64,000 nucleotides of DNA from Trichosphaerium sp. ATCC 40318 (GCA_038496445.1 JALMLS010000321.1:164965-228964); one strand, 5' to 3'; shown: positions 13,101 through 26,694, numbered from the stretch's first letter. Notes: generated from the sequence alone by a model not told the origin. Numbers and translations are program-made.

Positions 13101-16100
13101 TTTTCTAACACCTGATTAATATTCCTGTATCATGAGTTGATCACTTACAGAAATCTCTTCCTTGGTCTCAAGCCAATGTTCTCCAAGAAGGTAGTAGAAA
13201 GCGTCTTATAGAAGTTATAATTAAAGTTCTAACACAATGAGGTGCGCACCTGTGACCTCCTGGTTGTGTACTTCTTTCCCATGAACACCAAATCGAGTGA
13301 ACGCATCAGATGACAGTGGTTTGGAGGGGAACTTTTGACGATATATATCCAGGTACGAGTGACGTAACAATCGGTATAAATGACAAGATTTCCTTCCTAC
13401 AAATAATACTACAGCTTTAAGGGTCTTAGTTCTTACCATTCAATACAATGATACAATCACCTATTACCAATTTGTTCACTAATGAAGAAGCTCTAGAGTT
13501 TACAAGATTCCTAGCTGCTGAAACTTTTTTTAACTGCAGGTTAGGTTTCAGATAGAACATTGTTCCTTTTGGTTTAAACCAATTAATACAAAACTAGTAG
13601 GTGAAATAAAGTATTGAAATACCTTCAGGGAATGCTTCTTCTTGTATATCAACACCAAGCTGCCCAACATGCTTTCTTCCATAATCATGTAGGATCTTAG
13701 TCACGTGCGGTTTGAACGCTTTTGTAGTTTGTATGGTATCGATAGCTATTCAAATCTTTCAGTAAACTGATTTCTGTACGTACAAAGGCTTACGTGCTAA
13801 GTTTTTCAATTGGAAGAATTCTTTGAGAAAAGCCTCTTGGTTTTCTTCAGGTAGGTGCGCAGCAGCGCCGAAATCATAGGAATACCTTGATTTTCCACTT
13901 GAAATCGCATTGCCACGAGAGTGATCAGCAGGTACACGTACAGCAATCAAGGTAACTCGAACAGGTTCCTTGAAGTAAGAATTAAATTTTGAGGTTCTAA
14001 ACACAACCTTACTGGTGGACAAATTCGTGCAGTGTCGAGTACATAGAACCTAAATGACATTACCAATTGAGTCATTCCCAAAAAGAATTCACCTTCATCT
14101 GTTCCTTTATGACCCTCAATGTCTACAGGTCCATGTAATAACTGATTTTGTGTCCCTACCTACACCAGTTGTTACGAAAATAGTATTTGGTATTCAGCAT
14201 ACCACGTGACCTTTAACATGTAGTTTTTGTGAAGCAGCATGCATCAGACCATTCAACTCTTGACTATCTTTGTGCACAGTTTTACCACCATTTGCACTAC
14301 CATAAATGAGTGTTCTCGCATTTATTGGCAAGCAAGTTGTTGCTAAAAAAATAAGTTGAGTACTCTTAGCAAATTAGCATTACCTATTAAACGAAATCCT
14401 TTGTAATCCATTACAACCATGAATGGAAAGCACAACCCAGGAACCTTGTGAAAAAAATTGGCAAATAGAAGAATATAAGCAAACATACCCTTGCACGATA
14501 ATATGCCTTTAACCCGTTTAATTCATGGCCTAAACTCTTTATCAAATTTATCAAACACGTGACAACATACCAGCAGCCTTTGCTGCAAACTCATCACCAC
14601 CGTAAATGCCATAAGAATCAATAGCGAATTTAAAGAATATACCATTAGATATGTACTGTATATAATCAACAGATAGGTGCTTGTAATAACACGCACCTTT
14701 TCACCACCAGCCACACCGCCCACATTTACAGGAGGAATCGATTTTTTGCCAGCAATAACAGCACGTTCGTCAATAATGATCCTATGTTGTTGGTCAACCA
14801 GAAGAAATAAGAAGTAAGCTACACTAAGTTACCTGCCAGCTGCGCTAGCCACATTAATAAACTCGTTTGCTAACATATCCAATTGATACAGGTTTTCAAG
14901 GCGTTCATCTACATCTGTTGGAGCTTGGCTGAACAATTCTTGAAACTCAGAGTTCCAATCTATAACATAAGTTAATTCAGTACTTTACTTAATACAACGC
15001 ACCTCTCGTAAGTTTAGGAGTGGGGCTGTTTGTGGAATTTTGACGTTCCTAGTATTAATATTAAATCTCAAGGTGGACACTTTCTTAAGTGTACATACAG
15101 GTGTGCTTGTGTTACTAGAAAAGTTCGATGCTTTTAATAAAGTGAGCGCTCATTTAATTTGAACTAGAAATCGTACAAGGTGTGGTAGCATCAGGGTCAT
15201 TGATTGTGTAATATTGCTCGGTACCTTCATCACCCCTTTTTACAGCAACTGGCATGTAACCTTGATAATCTCCTATATCACTTGGTGCTGATCCAGGATT
15301 GTTGTCTGAGTAGGCAGTAATTGCAAGAGGTATTTCGTCCTCTACTAACTGTGAGAGAATTACAATAATGCTACACAAACTATACCTGAATCACTGTTGT
15401 CTGAATGAATGGGCCCTGTATAAGACGTTGTACTAAGATCAAATCCATGCAAAGAACAATAATCTTGTGATTCTGTATCATCAACAACGTTATCAATAAA
15501 CTAACTTTGTAAAAAGCAGTAAGCAACTTACCTATAACATCCAGAATACTAGGCATAGAAAGATTACTCTCTCTACAAACACGGGTACTCTTAGTCAGAA
15601 GTAAGTCAGTTAGATTTTGTCCTGCGTGCTTTTATATATTGTTAGCTTGGCAAGCATTTAAAGAAAACAGTAATCACCTCCAACACACTTGTTTCGTTTA
15701 GTGGTCGCTCTAGCTTGAATAGCGAAGGTTCCTATACTATGATTAGAGTGGCTACTCCAAGAAAATTAGGAAAACCTGCGTACAACCAACCAACAGATAT
15801 GTGCCGGTTTCTCTTGTAATATCTTATCAAAGTTTATTTCGTGTCTCCTTTCCCACGCCGGTTGGCACAAGCTAATATCAAGCTTCGTCAATCGGGCGAA
15901 GTGATTATACCTTCCTACGTCTGTCCGTGACCGTTCAGGCAAGGAGTATGCTTAATAACACGTCAGAATTCTCAAATGTAACTTATTGTGCACTGTAGTT
16001 TACCTTGATAACAAGTCCCTTGTATTGGTTGCTAACAAAGAAAGAATAAACCAACATTAAAAAAAAAGCATTTCAAAAGGAACACTTTCTTAATTCTTTC

Positions 16101-16686
16101 TTATCTCGTACCTTTGTAAGGGAGCACTGTTTCCTTGTAGAACGTGTAACACCTTTATAGTCGATCAAAGCTAGATTCTTAGATATTAGTAAGACTCTAC
16201 TACAATAAGGCACGTGCAATGACATCTAGAGTTAGGCGGAAACAGCTGCTGGAAATTTGGGTCTTTGCAGTAGTTACTACCAATGGGTAGCACGCCTGTA
16301 AATTGCAGACCAACCATCACGTGGTCTTGTCTATGAAATCGTTGGCGCCATAATTGGTTCTCGTGGTTCACACGTGCCTTACTAGAGGTGTATCTTCAAT
16401 AAAAAGAAGTGGCTGATCCCACGGTATGTAGTGACGTAAATCACCGCCACAAGCCGTGCAAGCCTTTTTAAAAATTAAAACAACGTCGCTACGGCAATAC
16501 CCGGTACCACAATATCTCCTCCAGGCATATAATAGTGCGGTGCACCTAAGAACACAGCTTTAGGATACATAATAGGTAAATAACAGTAATACAAGGTTCA
16601 AACGACTCTACACACTCTCTATGAGTGCGTGCGGTGCAATTAATCTTCGTTAGAAAAAACGGGTTATAAAACTGCAATTGCAGCAT
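7161..16686 (-). CDS. Large multi-exon Clu (clustered-mitochondria) domain protein with TPR, RCC1-like repeats, beta-rich domains and C-terminal SAM domain; 5' end uncertain
   Basis: Clu motifs WNSEFQ, GGVAGGEK, GIFFKFAIDSYGIYGGDEFAAKAAGHEL, VVMDYKGFRL, HGPVDIEGHKG, YVLDTAR; CLU-central GFNIRHIG...EMIARVTK; TPR-like helices at ~11.7-12.3 kb; RCC1 repeats VYTWGTNEYGQLGHGD and VLASGLNTYGQLG; SAM-like exon 7161-7376 joins in frame via short introns. Confidence 0.75.
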
Positions 16687-16853
16687 AAGCAACTAACTCT
16701 AGCTGTTTCCAGCCTAACCACGTCTCTGAAAATGCGCGCGGCAACCAATTATTTAAACTGTTTGAACAAATTTCAGCAAAATGTGACAGAACGCGACTTT
16801 TTTGAAAATCTTCTTTACGAGTACACGTAAATACAAACAGCATCGAAACCTGA

Positions 16854-17604
16854 TCATTTCAGCCACTCTGGCTTTTCTACTACCAACCATCCTCTGGATT
16901 CACCTTTCCCAGTCACAGTATTGACACAAGCCCAAATGTGTTCAAGTTCATGCCATGAAACCCCGTTACCAGGCCATACGTCCATAACACAAACACACTC
17001 GTCTTCGCTGTGAAACGCCTGTACAGGTGAAAAATGACCTATATCTCCTAGCTTGTAGTTCAGTACAACAACATGTCCTGCTCGGATGGCATCTATAATT
17101 GATTTCGCAAACGCTTGTACGGACTCTTCCGTTGAGTAATAAATCTCACAGTTGTACTTGAACCGTTTAAAAACAGAATGCAGCTCGGTTAGGCTCATGC
17201 CTTGCCTGTCAACCTTTGCCTACACAGCGAGTTTGAGAACGATCTTGTATTGCCAAATCATACCTTACGCAAGCAGGCAAGCACTGGCCGTTGCTTAAAC
17301 ATAGTGCTCTCTACGTATCTAGATTCCTTACAGAGTCAGTTCGTATTTTGTTGTCACGTTGTAAGCTTACATCTAGTAATGTATTCATTGCTATGGCGGC
17401 GGTAACAATACCGCAGTACGTTGAGTTTTCTTGTGGTAGCCAGTACTTCTTCATTGTCTCATTACATAAGCCCTCGTGGACAGCCTCTTTATACATTCTA
17501 GCCCCGTAGTCACTGTTCAAGCTTATCTCGGGCAATTTCAGTTGCGTAGTTTGTCTGTTAACCTGTTTTCTCGCCTGGTTTCTGTTGTTTTTGCGTCTAG
17601 ACAT
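16854..17604 (-). CDS. PCS: Phytochelatin synthase (catalytic domain only), 3 exons
   Basis: QENSTYCG (catalytic Cys), GMSLTEL, GHFSPVQAFH (His), VMDVW (Asp), SRGW. Two introns join the ORF-track pieces in frame. Confidence 0.9.
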
Positions 17605-17793
17605 TGCTTACGTTGTAGGTGCGCCTGAAAAATAAGAAAAGTACAAGGATTGTCACAGAACGCACAAACATATTTACACCAACAATGTGACAGGTCCTTG
17701 TCGCATTCATTACAAAATGACCGTCAGTGTAGGAGAACAAAAATTTGTAAAATAAAACAATTGACCACATTCATTTGTTCTGATTTTACCACT

Positions 17794-19008
17794 ATGAGGG
17801 CTCTACGATCTATTCAAGTACAAGCACAAACCCACAAACGCGTAGCACCAACCCGCAAGGCCGTTGCTCGCTACCATGTATCCGTGCGATCTAACGCAGT
17901 TACAGCTACTGTAGACAAGCTTTTTGGTGAGCACACAAGCATTGCTTTATAAACTAAAAACCACCAACTCATTATATTTTGCTTATCTCACACTATTAGA
18001 CACAAGAACCCACTACTTCCGTATCCCATACAACTGTACCGCTGAATACTGGGATAAAGAAGATATGCGAAAAGGGTAAACACTTCATTGATGCTGTACT
18101 CTAATGCTATTACAGATACGAAGTAGTTTTCCAAAATCCAAGTGCCGGCGCTTTCGCACTCAGCTACAACCGCGCTGTTCACGACCCTGCGTCCACACTC
18201 GTAAAGAGCACAACTGAGCTCCTCAAGGCCGACATCAATGAGTCAGTTGTACAAACTTTCATGGCAGGCGACTTTAGACTCCTGTGAGTACTATTTCTAC
18301 GTCTATGCGTTACTGCGCTTTTTTTACAAGTAAACCTCAACGTACTTACATTTTCAATAGAGACTTCGTCAAAACAGCACGTTCAGCTGATGGTGGATAC
18401 ATCTTTAGAGAGTTCGAGGATAAAATCGCCGCTGTACGCCATAAACACAGCTAACACGCTCAATTTCATTATTAACTGTCAATTGCAGATTGATAAAATC
18501 GCCAACGAGGCAAAGGACGCTGACAACAAAGAGGTAAGAAGTTTTTCCACGCGTTTAGCTTTCATGAAAAAAAAATCGACAAACGCCTCCTACGGAATAC
18601 CAACCCATTTCTGACATCCGGATATTAGCGCATCCAAGAGCTTGCTTCTGATCCATCGATCCCATCAGAGTTCAGCGCCATCTACTCCCGAAGCTCACCA
18701 GCAATTCAAAAATATGAAAATGAGGACGAATTCACTACTCCAATTTCCAAGTGCAACAGACCTTACAATGGCAAGTTCAGATTTCCTATGACCTTTGAGG
18801 AATATGATCAAGTTCTCCAACGCCAAGCTGCTGCCAAGTACGCCTTTAATCACATTTCGTCATTGAAAACTGACAAAGAATATTTTTTTGCCTTTTTTTT
18901 TCTTTTTCTTTTTTTTTCGTAAAAACAATTTGGCTTATTGTTGTTACTAGGCTCGAAGACGCACGTAAAACGCTCTCTGGACTAAAGGCATCATTTACCG
19001 AGGATTAA
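17794..19008 (+). CDS. Hypothetical ~250-aa protein with mitochondrial-presequence-like N-terminus, 7 exons
   Basis: Exons splice in frame with GT-AG introns from MRALRSIQVQAQTHKRVAPTRKAVARYH to KASFTED*. The N-terminus is Arg-rich with no acidic residues. No family recognised. Confidence 0.7.
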
Positions 19009-19269
19009 GACATATATGTATCCCGTTTCTGGTAATAATTGATATTCAAATGCATCTCTCGCTTTCTCCTTGTTTTACAACACACTTGAATAAAATTATC
19101 AATTGTGGATCATACAAGGCTTCTTTCTATTGCTGCTCTCAGGTTTAGTAACTCGCAGGTGCACTTAAGGGCTTATAGTGTCTGAAATAAGCCCCCAAGT
19201 ATAGTTATGAGACTGACAGGCCAAGCCATTGCAGGTCGTTACTTAAATTATTTATTTGTACAAAGATGG

Positions 19270-20546
19270 TTATGTTAATTTAGTCAAGTCCAGTTCGATT
19301 CCAATTGGACAATGATCGCTGCCAAGCACTCTGTCATAAACTGTAGCTGTTTCTAGTGCTGGTACCATATTCTTTGAGAGAAGGCAATAGTCTAGGCGCC
19401 AACCCAAGTTGTGCTTTCTGTGTCTATTGCCTTTACTATCCCAATATGTAAACCTAAAGCCATCATATTAATATCTAGTTTTTGATAGCCTGTGCATACT
19501 TATTCATAACGTCAGGGTATTTGACACGAAACGAATCCACAAAACCTTCCTTCAACAGCTCTATAAAAAACTGTCAGAACAAAAGACACAGCACGTTGAG
19601 TAAGTCATACTTTGAAAAGCAGTCCTTTCTTCTAGTGTGACACTAGGTTGATTCTCAAAAGCAAATGATTGAGCCAAGTCAACATCCTTAAAGTAATAAG
19701 ATGCTATGGATACGCCTAAATTCGTATAATACACGGATACTTACAGTATGCGCAACGTTAAAATCACCACAAAGGATGAGGGGTTTATTAGCCAGCCGTT
19801 GCTTTTCACTGACAACGTATTCTCTGTACATAAGTCAATCAAAAGGTATTAAAAAAAGTGCGGACCTGAATGCTTCTTCCCACTGTATTCGGTATTCCAT
19901 GCGCTGCTTTTTCGCTTGTATAACTGGTGCGTACACTGTCACCAATCCAACTGGGCAACATTGAGGCGTGAGAATATATTACAAAGACGTACATTGAGGG
20001 TACTCTGCTGTTATAACACGACCCTCTTTGTCCAACTCTTCATCACCTTCACGTGCAATTGAGAAAGTGTAAAAAAAAACTGTTACTGTCACTCACCAAT
20101 GCCAAATTTAACACTGTCAGGCTTTAAACAGTCGTCCGTCAATAGAAGGACACCAGCGTGACTCTATTATTTTATTAATTAACCAGTGCAACAGGATGTA
20201 CAGCTTCACCTTTCTCTGCGTGGAATGCACCCAATGCTTTGAAAATCTATCAAAACTCTCTGGCATCTTCACTCCAGCTTGACACTTCGTCTCTAACAAA
20301 CACTATTTGCTGAGGTGTCAGAATTGGGGCGAACCTTGTATGCAGCATATTGATGGCTTGGTGTCAATCACGAACTCTGTATGGCATTATTCACAGTTTA
20401 ATAAGCAGTTGTACCCTCAAATCCCTTTTTTAAGCAAGAACGCAATCCTACGCACTATTAACGCTACGAAAACATTGTAATGACTCGTGATTAGGTATTG
20501 ACACACCATTTACATTCCATGATACCAAACGAAGCTTGTTAAGCAT
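19270..20546 (-). CDS. Exonuclease III / AP endonuclease (xth/APE1 family)
   Basis: LVSWNVNG, CIQ-ETK, DKEGRVITAEY, ILCGDFNVAH, GWRLDY, GSDHCPI motifs. Confidence 0.92.
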
Positions 20547-20695
20547 GGTGCTAGCGTGAAATACAATTGTACCCTCGAAATTACTCAATAGACCGAGATC
20601 AGCACTGGTTTTGAAAATGAGCGTTTTTAGACAATACTTGACTTGCCGTTTGTAGAATTGATCATAGGCAATAAAGTGTACCATACACTATCAAC

Positions 20696-22099
20696 ATGGC
20701 TACAGCGTCGTTCGACATGGATCGCCAGCTTAACGAGCTTAAACTTGCAAGACAAGCCATTATCAAGGAGAATGAGGTATTACAGCATGAAATTAAGGTC
20801 TTGAACGAAGAGCAAACTCAATGGAACAGTATTTACCAAAAAGCTGTTTCGGGCACCCCTGCATTTGATAAAATATCTGTTGATGACCTAAAATCGAAAT
20901 GTGGGCAAAATGACCGTTTGCGTGACATTCATTTGGACGCTTGTAAACAAATTGAGAAGGAGCTAGATGGCTACAGACTGGAATTGCAAAGCACAATGAT
21001 GATTATAGCGTACATGATACAAGAGGTAAGTGAAACAGCCGTAAACCTTTTAAATTAATGCACGAATAGACGGAGAGCATGGAACACGCGTATAATCGGA
21101 CAAAAGAAAGCGAAGGAAGTTTATTAATTGCTTTTGAACTCCTATTCGAACAATTCCTCAAAGACCTTCAAAAGGTACGTATACGCTGTAGTCGCATTAT
21201 GCATAAGTCTTTAAATTGTTTTGTGCTAAATTGGGGATTTATCCCTTGTGGTAGAATGAGGAGATTGACATCAAGAAAGGAGCGCTCAAAATAAAGAGAA
21301 AGGACGATAAGACTAAAAAAGAGCGTAAAAAGAAAAAGAAGGCGAAAGTGGATCTCTTTGAAATATGTAGAAACGACTCCCTAGGAGACGTACGTCAATG
21401 CTCTCCCACGTGAAAGTACCATATTCTTACGGTGTGTATAGGAGTTTGAAGCTTATTGCAAAGACGTTTTGATTGTGGATAACAAGGACTTTAATAAGGT
21501 ATTAATAAATCCCAGAAAAAAAAAGGATTTCGTTTGTGTTAAATATTTTTTTTTTGATGTTGTTCTTTTGTAGCGTATATTAGCACTGCGTCGTTTAGAT
21601 GTATCTGATTTTAATCCTGTGGATCCTTCCAAGGGCGAGAAGGTCAGGCAGATCACACAAAATATCATATGTCGCATTTTAGCACGATCCAGTAATCATG
21701 AACTCGAAATGCCAACAAAGCAAAAAGAATTAGTAGACTTTTTTGACATGGTACGCTACACTTGATATTTATTGTATAATTGCGTATATTAACTAACACA
21801 CGTGCAGCACTTGCGTGTCCAACAAGCAAGGCCTAAAGCAAATTCAAGAGATTTACAACAAGTGCGTAAATGTTCCATTTTTTCAGGAGTAATTCTACCA
21901 CGTCTGTATTTACAATATCTTTACTTTTTTGTGTGGTTTGGTTTTTTTTGTTTTTACAAATTACTTACAATACGAAAAATAGAGCGTTGAGTATGCATTG
22001 ATGAGCGCATTCTTTGCTTATCGTACGCGCCATGCGAGTGTGGACGACCCGGAATCGGATGATGATTTAATAGTAATGGACCGCAAGTACACAGTGTGA
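20696..22099 (+). CDS. Hypothetical coiled-coil protein with lysine-rich NLS-like segment
   Basis: Helical heptad-rich first exon, KKERKKKKKAK, plausible in-frame splicing to TGA at 22097-22099 (one junction needs a GC donor near 21634). Confidence 0.55.
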
Positions 22100-22190
22100 A
22101 CCAGCCGGTACCAGTAACAAAGAAATACGTCTTCACGTCATTCCAAAAAAAAAAAGGAAGTACCGAGTTCGTCGCACGTTTTGTAAATAA

Positions 22191-25100
22191 TTAGATTGAC
22201 AGCTTAAAATGACACATTAGATCCGCATAAGGCAGTTGTTTGCCCTGTTGTCGTAGCTTTAAAATGCGGTAGCCGGGGCGTATGCACGTAACCTATGATA
22301 ACAAAAGCGGTTAATGTATTTTGTACAAAGATTTAAAATAAATCAAAAAATTTGTCAACGTACTGGTATAGCGGCGTAGCAAGACCGTGCACTTTTTAGT
22401 TTGGTTTCTACATCAATACGAATGAGTACAACTGCCAACTCTGGCGCCAAAAGTGAGCACTGAAAAGATTCATCCCATATAGGATCGAATTGGTTATTCC
22501 CTAAATGTCCTGTCAGTCAATTTGCTTGCAAACGTTTTTGTGCAGTTTGGAACAAAGAAAAAAAAGAACAATAAAAAGGCGAATGCGTACGAACAGCTCT
22601 AGTCTTAAAACTAGATTTATCTGCGTCAATTCCTTTGACCTTGATGTTAACGAAGGGGTTGTACTTTCGTTTTTTCTGAAATGACAGAGTCAACGACGAA
22701 TTGCACAAAACCACGTGATCTAAAGATGCGTACGGTAATGAGACCAGGGAGATTTGATCCTTTGAAAGTAGCATCTGGTAAAGCTCTACAATGACATATG
22801 TTAGGTATACAGCTGATGAAGGTACATTCGAGTTTGGCGACCTACCTCGCGCTTATAACTGTTATTGTCAAGAGCAGCGTCCTCTTCCCTGTAATCCTTG
22901 GTACTAAAGGGTTGAAGTCGTAGGATGGATCCAGCAGGTACTTTGGCTACAATCACAAACAACTGTTAGAAAACCAGAGGGGTAGAGAGTGTTTGTGGTA
23001 CCTTCAACAAATAGCCAGCACTGCCATTATCTCTAAACTTAGCATTATTTGCCCACATACTTTCGCTACTAGTCTTAAAAAAGGAGTGAGCAACAAATAA
23101 AGACAAGAAGGTTGACTATTAGGTTCTCGAACCTCGGTGAGTACGTACTTGAAAATTCTAGTAATAAAATGTAAGAGAGGAGTTAAAATGTACATTGGAC
23201 GTACAAGAGCTACCATCTGGCAACCATACGACCAAGACTTGAACGGATTGTAGTTGGATGAATCAACACGTGCGCCTTTGGGGTATATTCTAGCCATCTG
23301 ATTTTGGTTATACTTGACAAAGGCGACTCTGTCAGAGGCCTCCAGTTTGTCGATCTTAGTCTCAACAAATGACGACATTTCATTATAACGACCAGAAGCC
23401 ATGTGTACGCCTGGGAACGGCTTTGCTTTAAAGAATATGAGCCTACTCAGCTCTGGCGCTGTTTTGGCGCTGGCTTTTTCTTGACTCTGCCCTGGTAGTG
23501 GCTTACCGCCTGGCCCGTAATCTATATTGGACATTGTTGATCCTTTCAACAGTATCTTGTTTTGTAAGTCCTATTAATGCATCATGTTAGCATCCGCGCT
23601 CTAGGTGCACATGAACTTTGGATACACGTACATGTGGCGAGGGTACAGGAGCACCAGGAGGGAGTGGCATCTGTAAAAGATCACCGAGGTATTTTACTAA
23701 CATATCAGCCATAAGTCGCTGTTGCGACAGTGAGCAATGATTCTCAATGGATAATATAACTGGATATTTACTAGTAACAAAGGCGTTATCTCTAATGATA
23801 AGAATAACATCCAGCAACTACAAAGGAAGTTAGATAATAAAACAAGAAATCGAAATACCTTGATGCGGGAGGTTAATGTATGACCATGCAGGATATCAGG
23901 CATACCATCACTGCCATCCTAGGGAGGTACAATGAGTAAACTATAAAAAGAGATGTTGTATTTGTACCCAAGTATCCAATTCGACACATCGGCATCCCTG
24001 GAGCAATACACGTCCATACATATGTACACTTGACTTTCCTTTCAATTGGTCCGATGTACAATAAGTGTTATGCGACGAATTGATAAAGTAATGTGTGATG
24101 GGTTGTGTCATGTCATGGTATACTTGGCCCTCTCTTATCGGATCAAAAGCGACATTCATATCGCAATTGAGGTACTTCAACACCGTCTCCATTGCAACTG
24201 GCCTTTCAGGGACAATGCCCAGGTGTGATAATATCTTAGAAATGAGGGAAGGATCCTCCTAAAAACGATGAGTGGTGACTTCAAATGAGAGGGAAGCACA
24301 AATTCTTTGATGAACCGTACGCCTTGTTCTGTTTTTAAAAAATATACAAAAGCATCATAAGTAAGGTGCTGTGTGCCGTTGGTGTTTATCCGAGAAATAA
24401 TTTCGTGTCTCTGTAATAAGCACTCCAAGGCCAACCTGCTAGACCTCTCCGATATTTGTTTCCCAGAACCAAGGACATCACGCAATGCTCGTGGTTCAGC
24501 TATGCGAATATCCAACTTTTGTAAGAGCTGAATGACGTCCTCAAAAGAAGCATCACTCGTTCCCATTTGACTTTGCCACATTGATGCAAACCGCCTGCGG
24601 CCGTGTTAGTTGTAGGACAAAGACAATCGAAAAACAAATAATTAAAGATCGTACGTAGCACCAGAAGCCTGAATATCACATGTTTCTTTGCACTTTTTCG
24701 CAATAGCAACAATAGAGTAGTACCACAACGCAAACTGTTCATCAGATTGTGCAATAAAGTTAAAGTATCGTCCTCCATAGTACAACGAAAAAGAGCGTGA
24801 TACCATGTCTGCATCTGTGATTCTATCTGTTTTTGATGCAAATCCTTGAACAGACTGGCCGAAACAAATCTTTGTGACGTATCGCAAATCAACTAGGGCA
24901 AAACTAAGTCACCTCGATTTGATATTGTAACAATAACAAAAAAACTGTTTAACTTACTGTGTAAATTGTCACAAACCAATACAGTATCATCCTGCAGCTT
25001 ACACTGCCTTTCGTAACAGTGCCCATCTAACAGCACCTTCAAATGCGCAGCTTGTCGAAGCATCTGCTTGCACTCTTCCACATTAGCGCCAGCAAGCATG

Positions 25101-26465
25101 GATTTATTTTCAGCTGTTGGAATTTAATATTAATGAAAACAAAAAAAAAAGTGTACATACGGTGGTTAGTTAGGGAAAGAGCAGATCCGTTCACCTGCCA
25201 CAAAGGCTTGTTATCGTGAGGCCGGTGCGGTATACGTGGTTTGGACCCAATCGGTGGAGGGTCACTCCTTTTACTGCGTGGCCTCGCTACTGGCAGTGCT
25301 TCGATTACATTAGGACTGTTTGGCTTTAGCTGGTGTTGTTGAAGCGACACTGTTCGTTGCATAGGCAATGGGTGGCGCGGTGGGTATTGGTGAGGCTTGA
25401 TATCATGCGATCGGCTCATATTTTGACGTACACTTGGCGTAGGGCTTGAATGGTATAGATGCGCCTGTTGCTGAGGGAGATGAGGTTGTCGGGCTTGAAC
25501 TGGAACATTTTGATTGGGATGGTGTTGATGTGGCTGTTGGTGAGGCACTTGTTGAGGGTGCTGCACGTGAGAGGGTTGATGGTGCTGTTGGTGAGGCACT
25601 TGCTGATACTGACCATGGTGTTGATGCGGGTGCGCACGAGGTTGTCCGTGCTGATGCGGGTAATTTGATGTGCCAGCGTTGGCAAGCACAGCGCGTTGTG
25701 CTTCAGAAAATTGCAAGCCACTACTTAGACTCACACTTTGTGGCAGACCACCAAGGCGAGGAGCAGGCATACTTGAGCCACCACTACGCGGATGGGATTG
25801 AGAGAAGTTGTTGCGCGCATGGTGAAGTGGTTGCGTGTTGTGCGATGGAGCAGACGTGTACAGATTTGGGTCACTAACATTTCTGTATCGTTGGGGCTCT
25901 GGGTTGGTGTGCATATGGGGTTGGTGCTGATGTTGTTGATGGTGAGGTTGAGGTTGGTATTGTTGCGGTTGTGCAGGCGGCGCGTGCCCATGATCATTAT
26001 ACGGGTGCTGCACGTGGTTGCCATTTTGTGCGTAATTCGGTTGTGGTGCGAAGTTATTGTGCATGGGGTCTCTTGGCCTTTACCGGTTATTCATCACAAA
26101 ACTTTTCCAGCAAGGTGGTTTTTAATGTGGTAGATGTATATAGTAACTAACGTACGGGTGAGAGCCATAAACGTTGGCGTGTGGCGGTATAAATCCGTTA
26201 TAACGAGGTACTACGCTTGAAGGTGCACTGGGAGGCGGTACAGCGGATCTAGGCGGTATGACGCCATTACGTGCACCATTGTTCTAAACAAAACAATAAA
26301 TTTCTGTAAAAGTGCGCTGTGGTAAAAACCACAACAATTCATTGCGTTTTACAGCGAATTGACGTTTGCATTATAACTAACCTGAAACCTTGGTGGAGCC
26401 GGGATTACACTTCCTCCATCATTAGGAGCATAACCAGCGGCACCATTGTGATAGTTGTAATCCAT
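22191..26465 (-). CDS. PLC: Phosphoinositide phospholipase C (delta-like PH-EF-X-Y-C2) with long Q/H/P-rich N-terminal extension
   Basis: X box [14 protein letters not shown]...[12 protein letters not shown]...HGHTLTS...[12 protein letters not shown]; Y box [28 protein letters not shown]...[10 protein letters not shown]; C2 end IRPGYR. Confidence 0.95.
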
Positions 26466-26694
26466 TAACGTAGATCAATGAAATCACAGCTTTACGAACG
26501 CGACAATATGTATGAATAGCAGCCGTTGCAGTGTTTTACGCCTTCGTACGGTAGTAATAGATTCGTGCCAACCGGTTTTTTAGCACAGCATTTTTTTCTC
26601 GCAGCATACTTTACTAAACTCGAATGACGCCATTTACTGTCTGTTAATTTTTTAACAATAGCATTCATAGTTGTCTAGAACAGTTGCATGGGCT

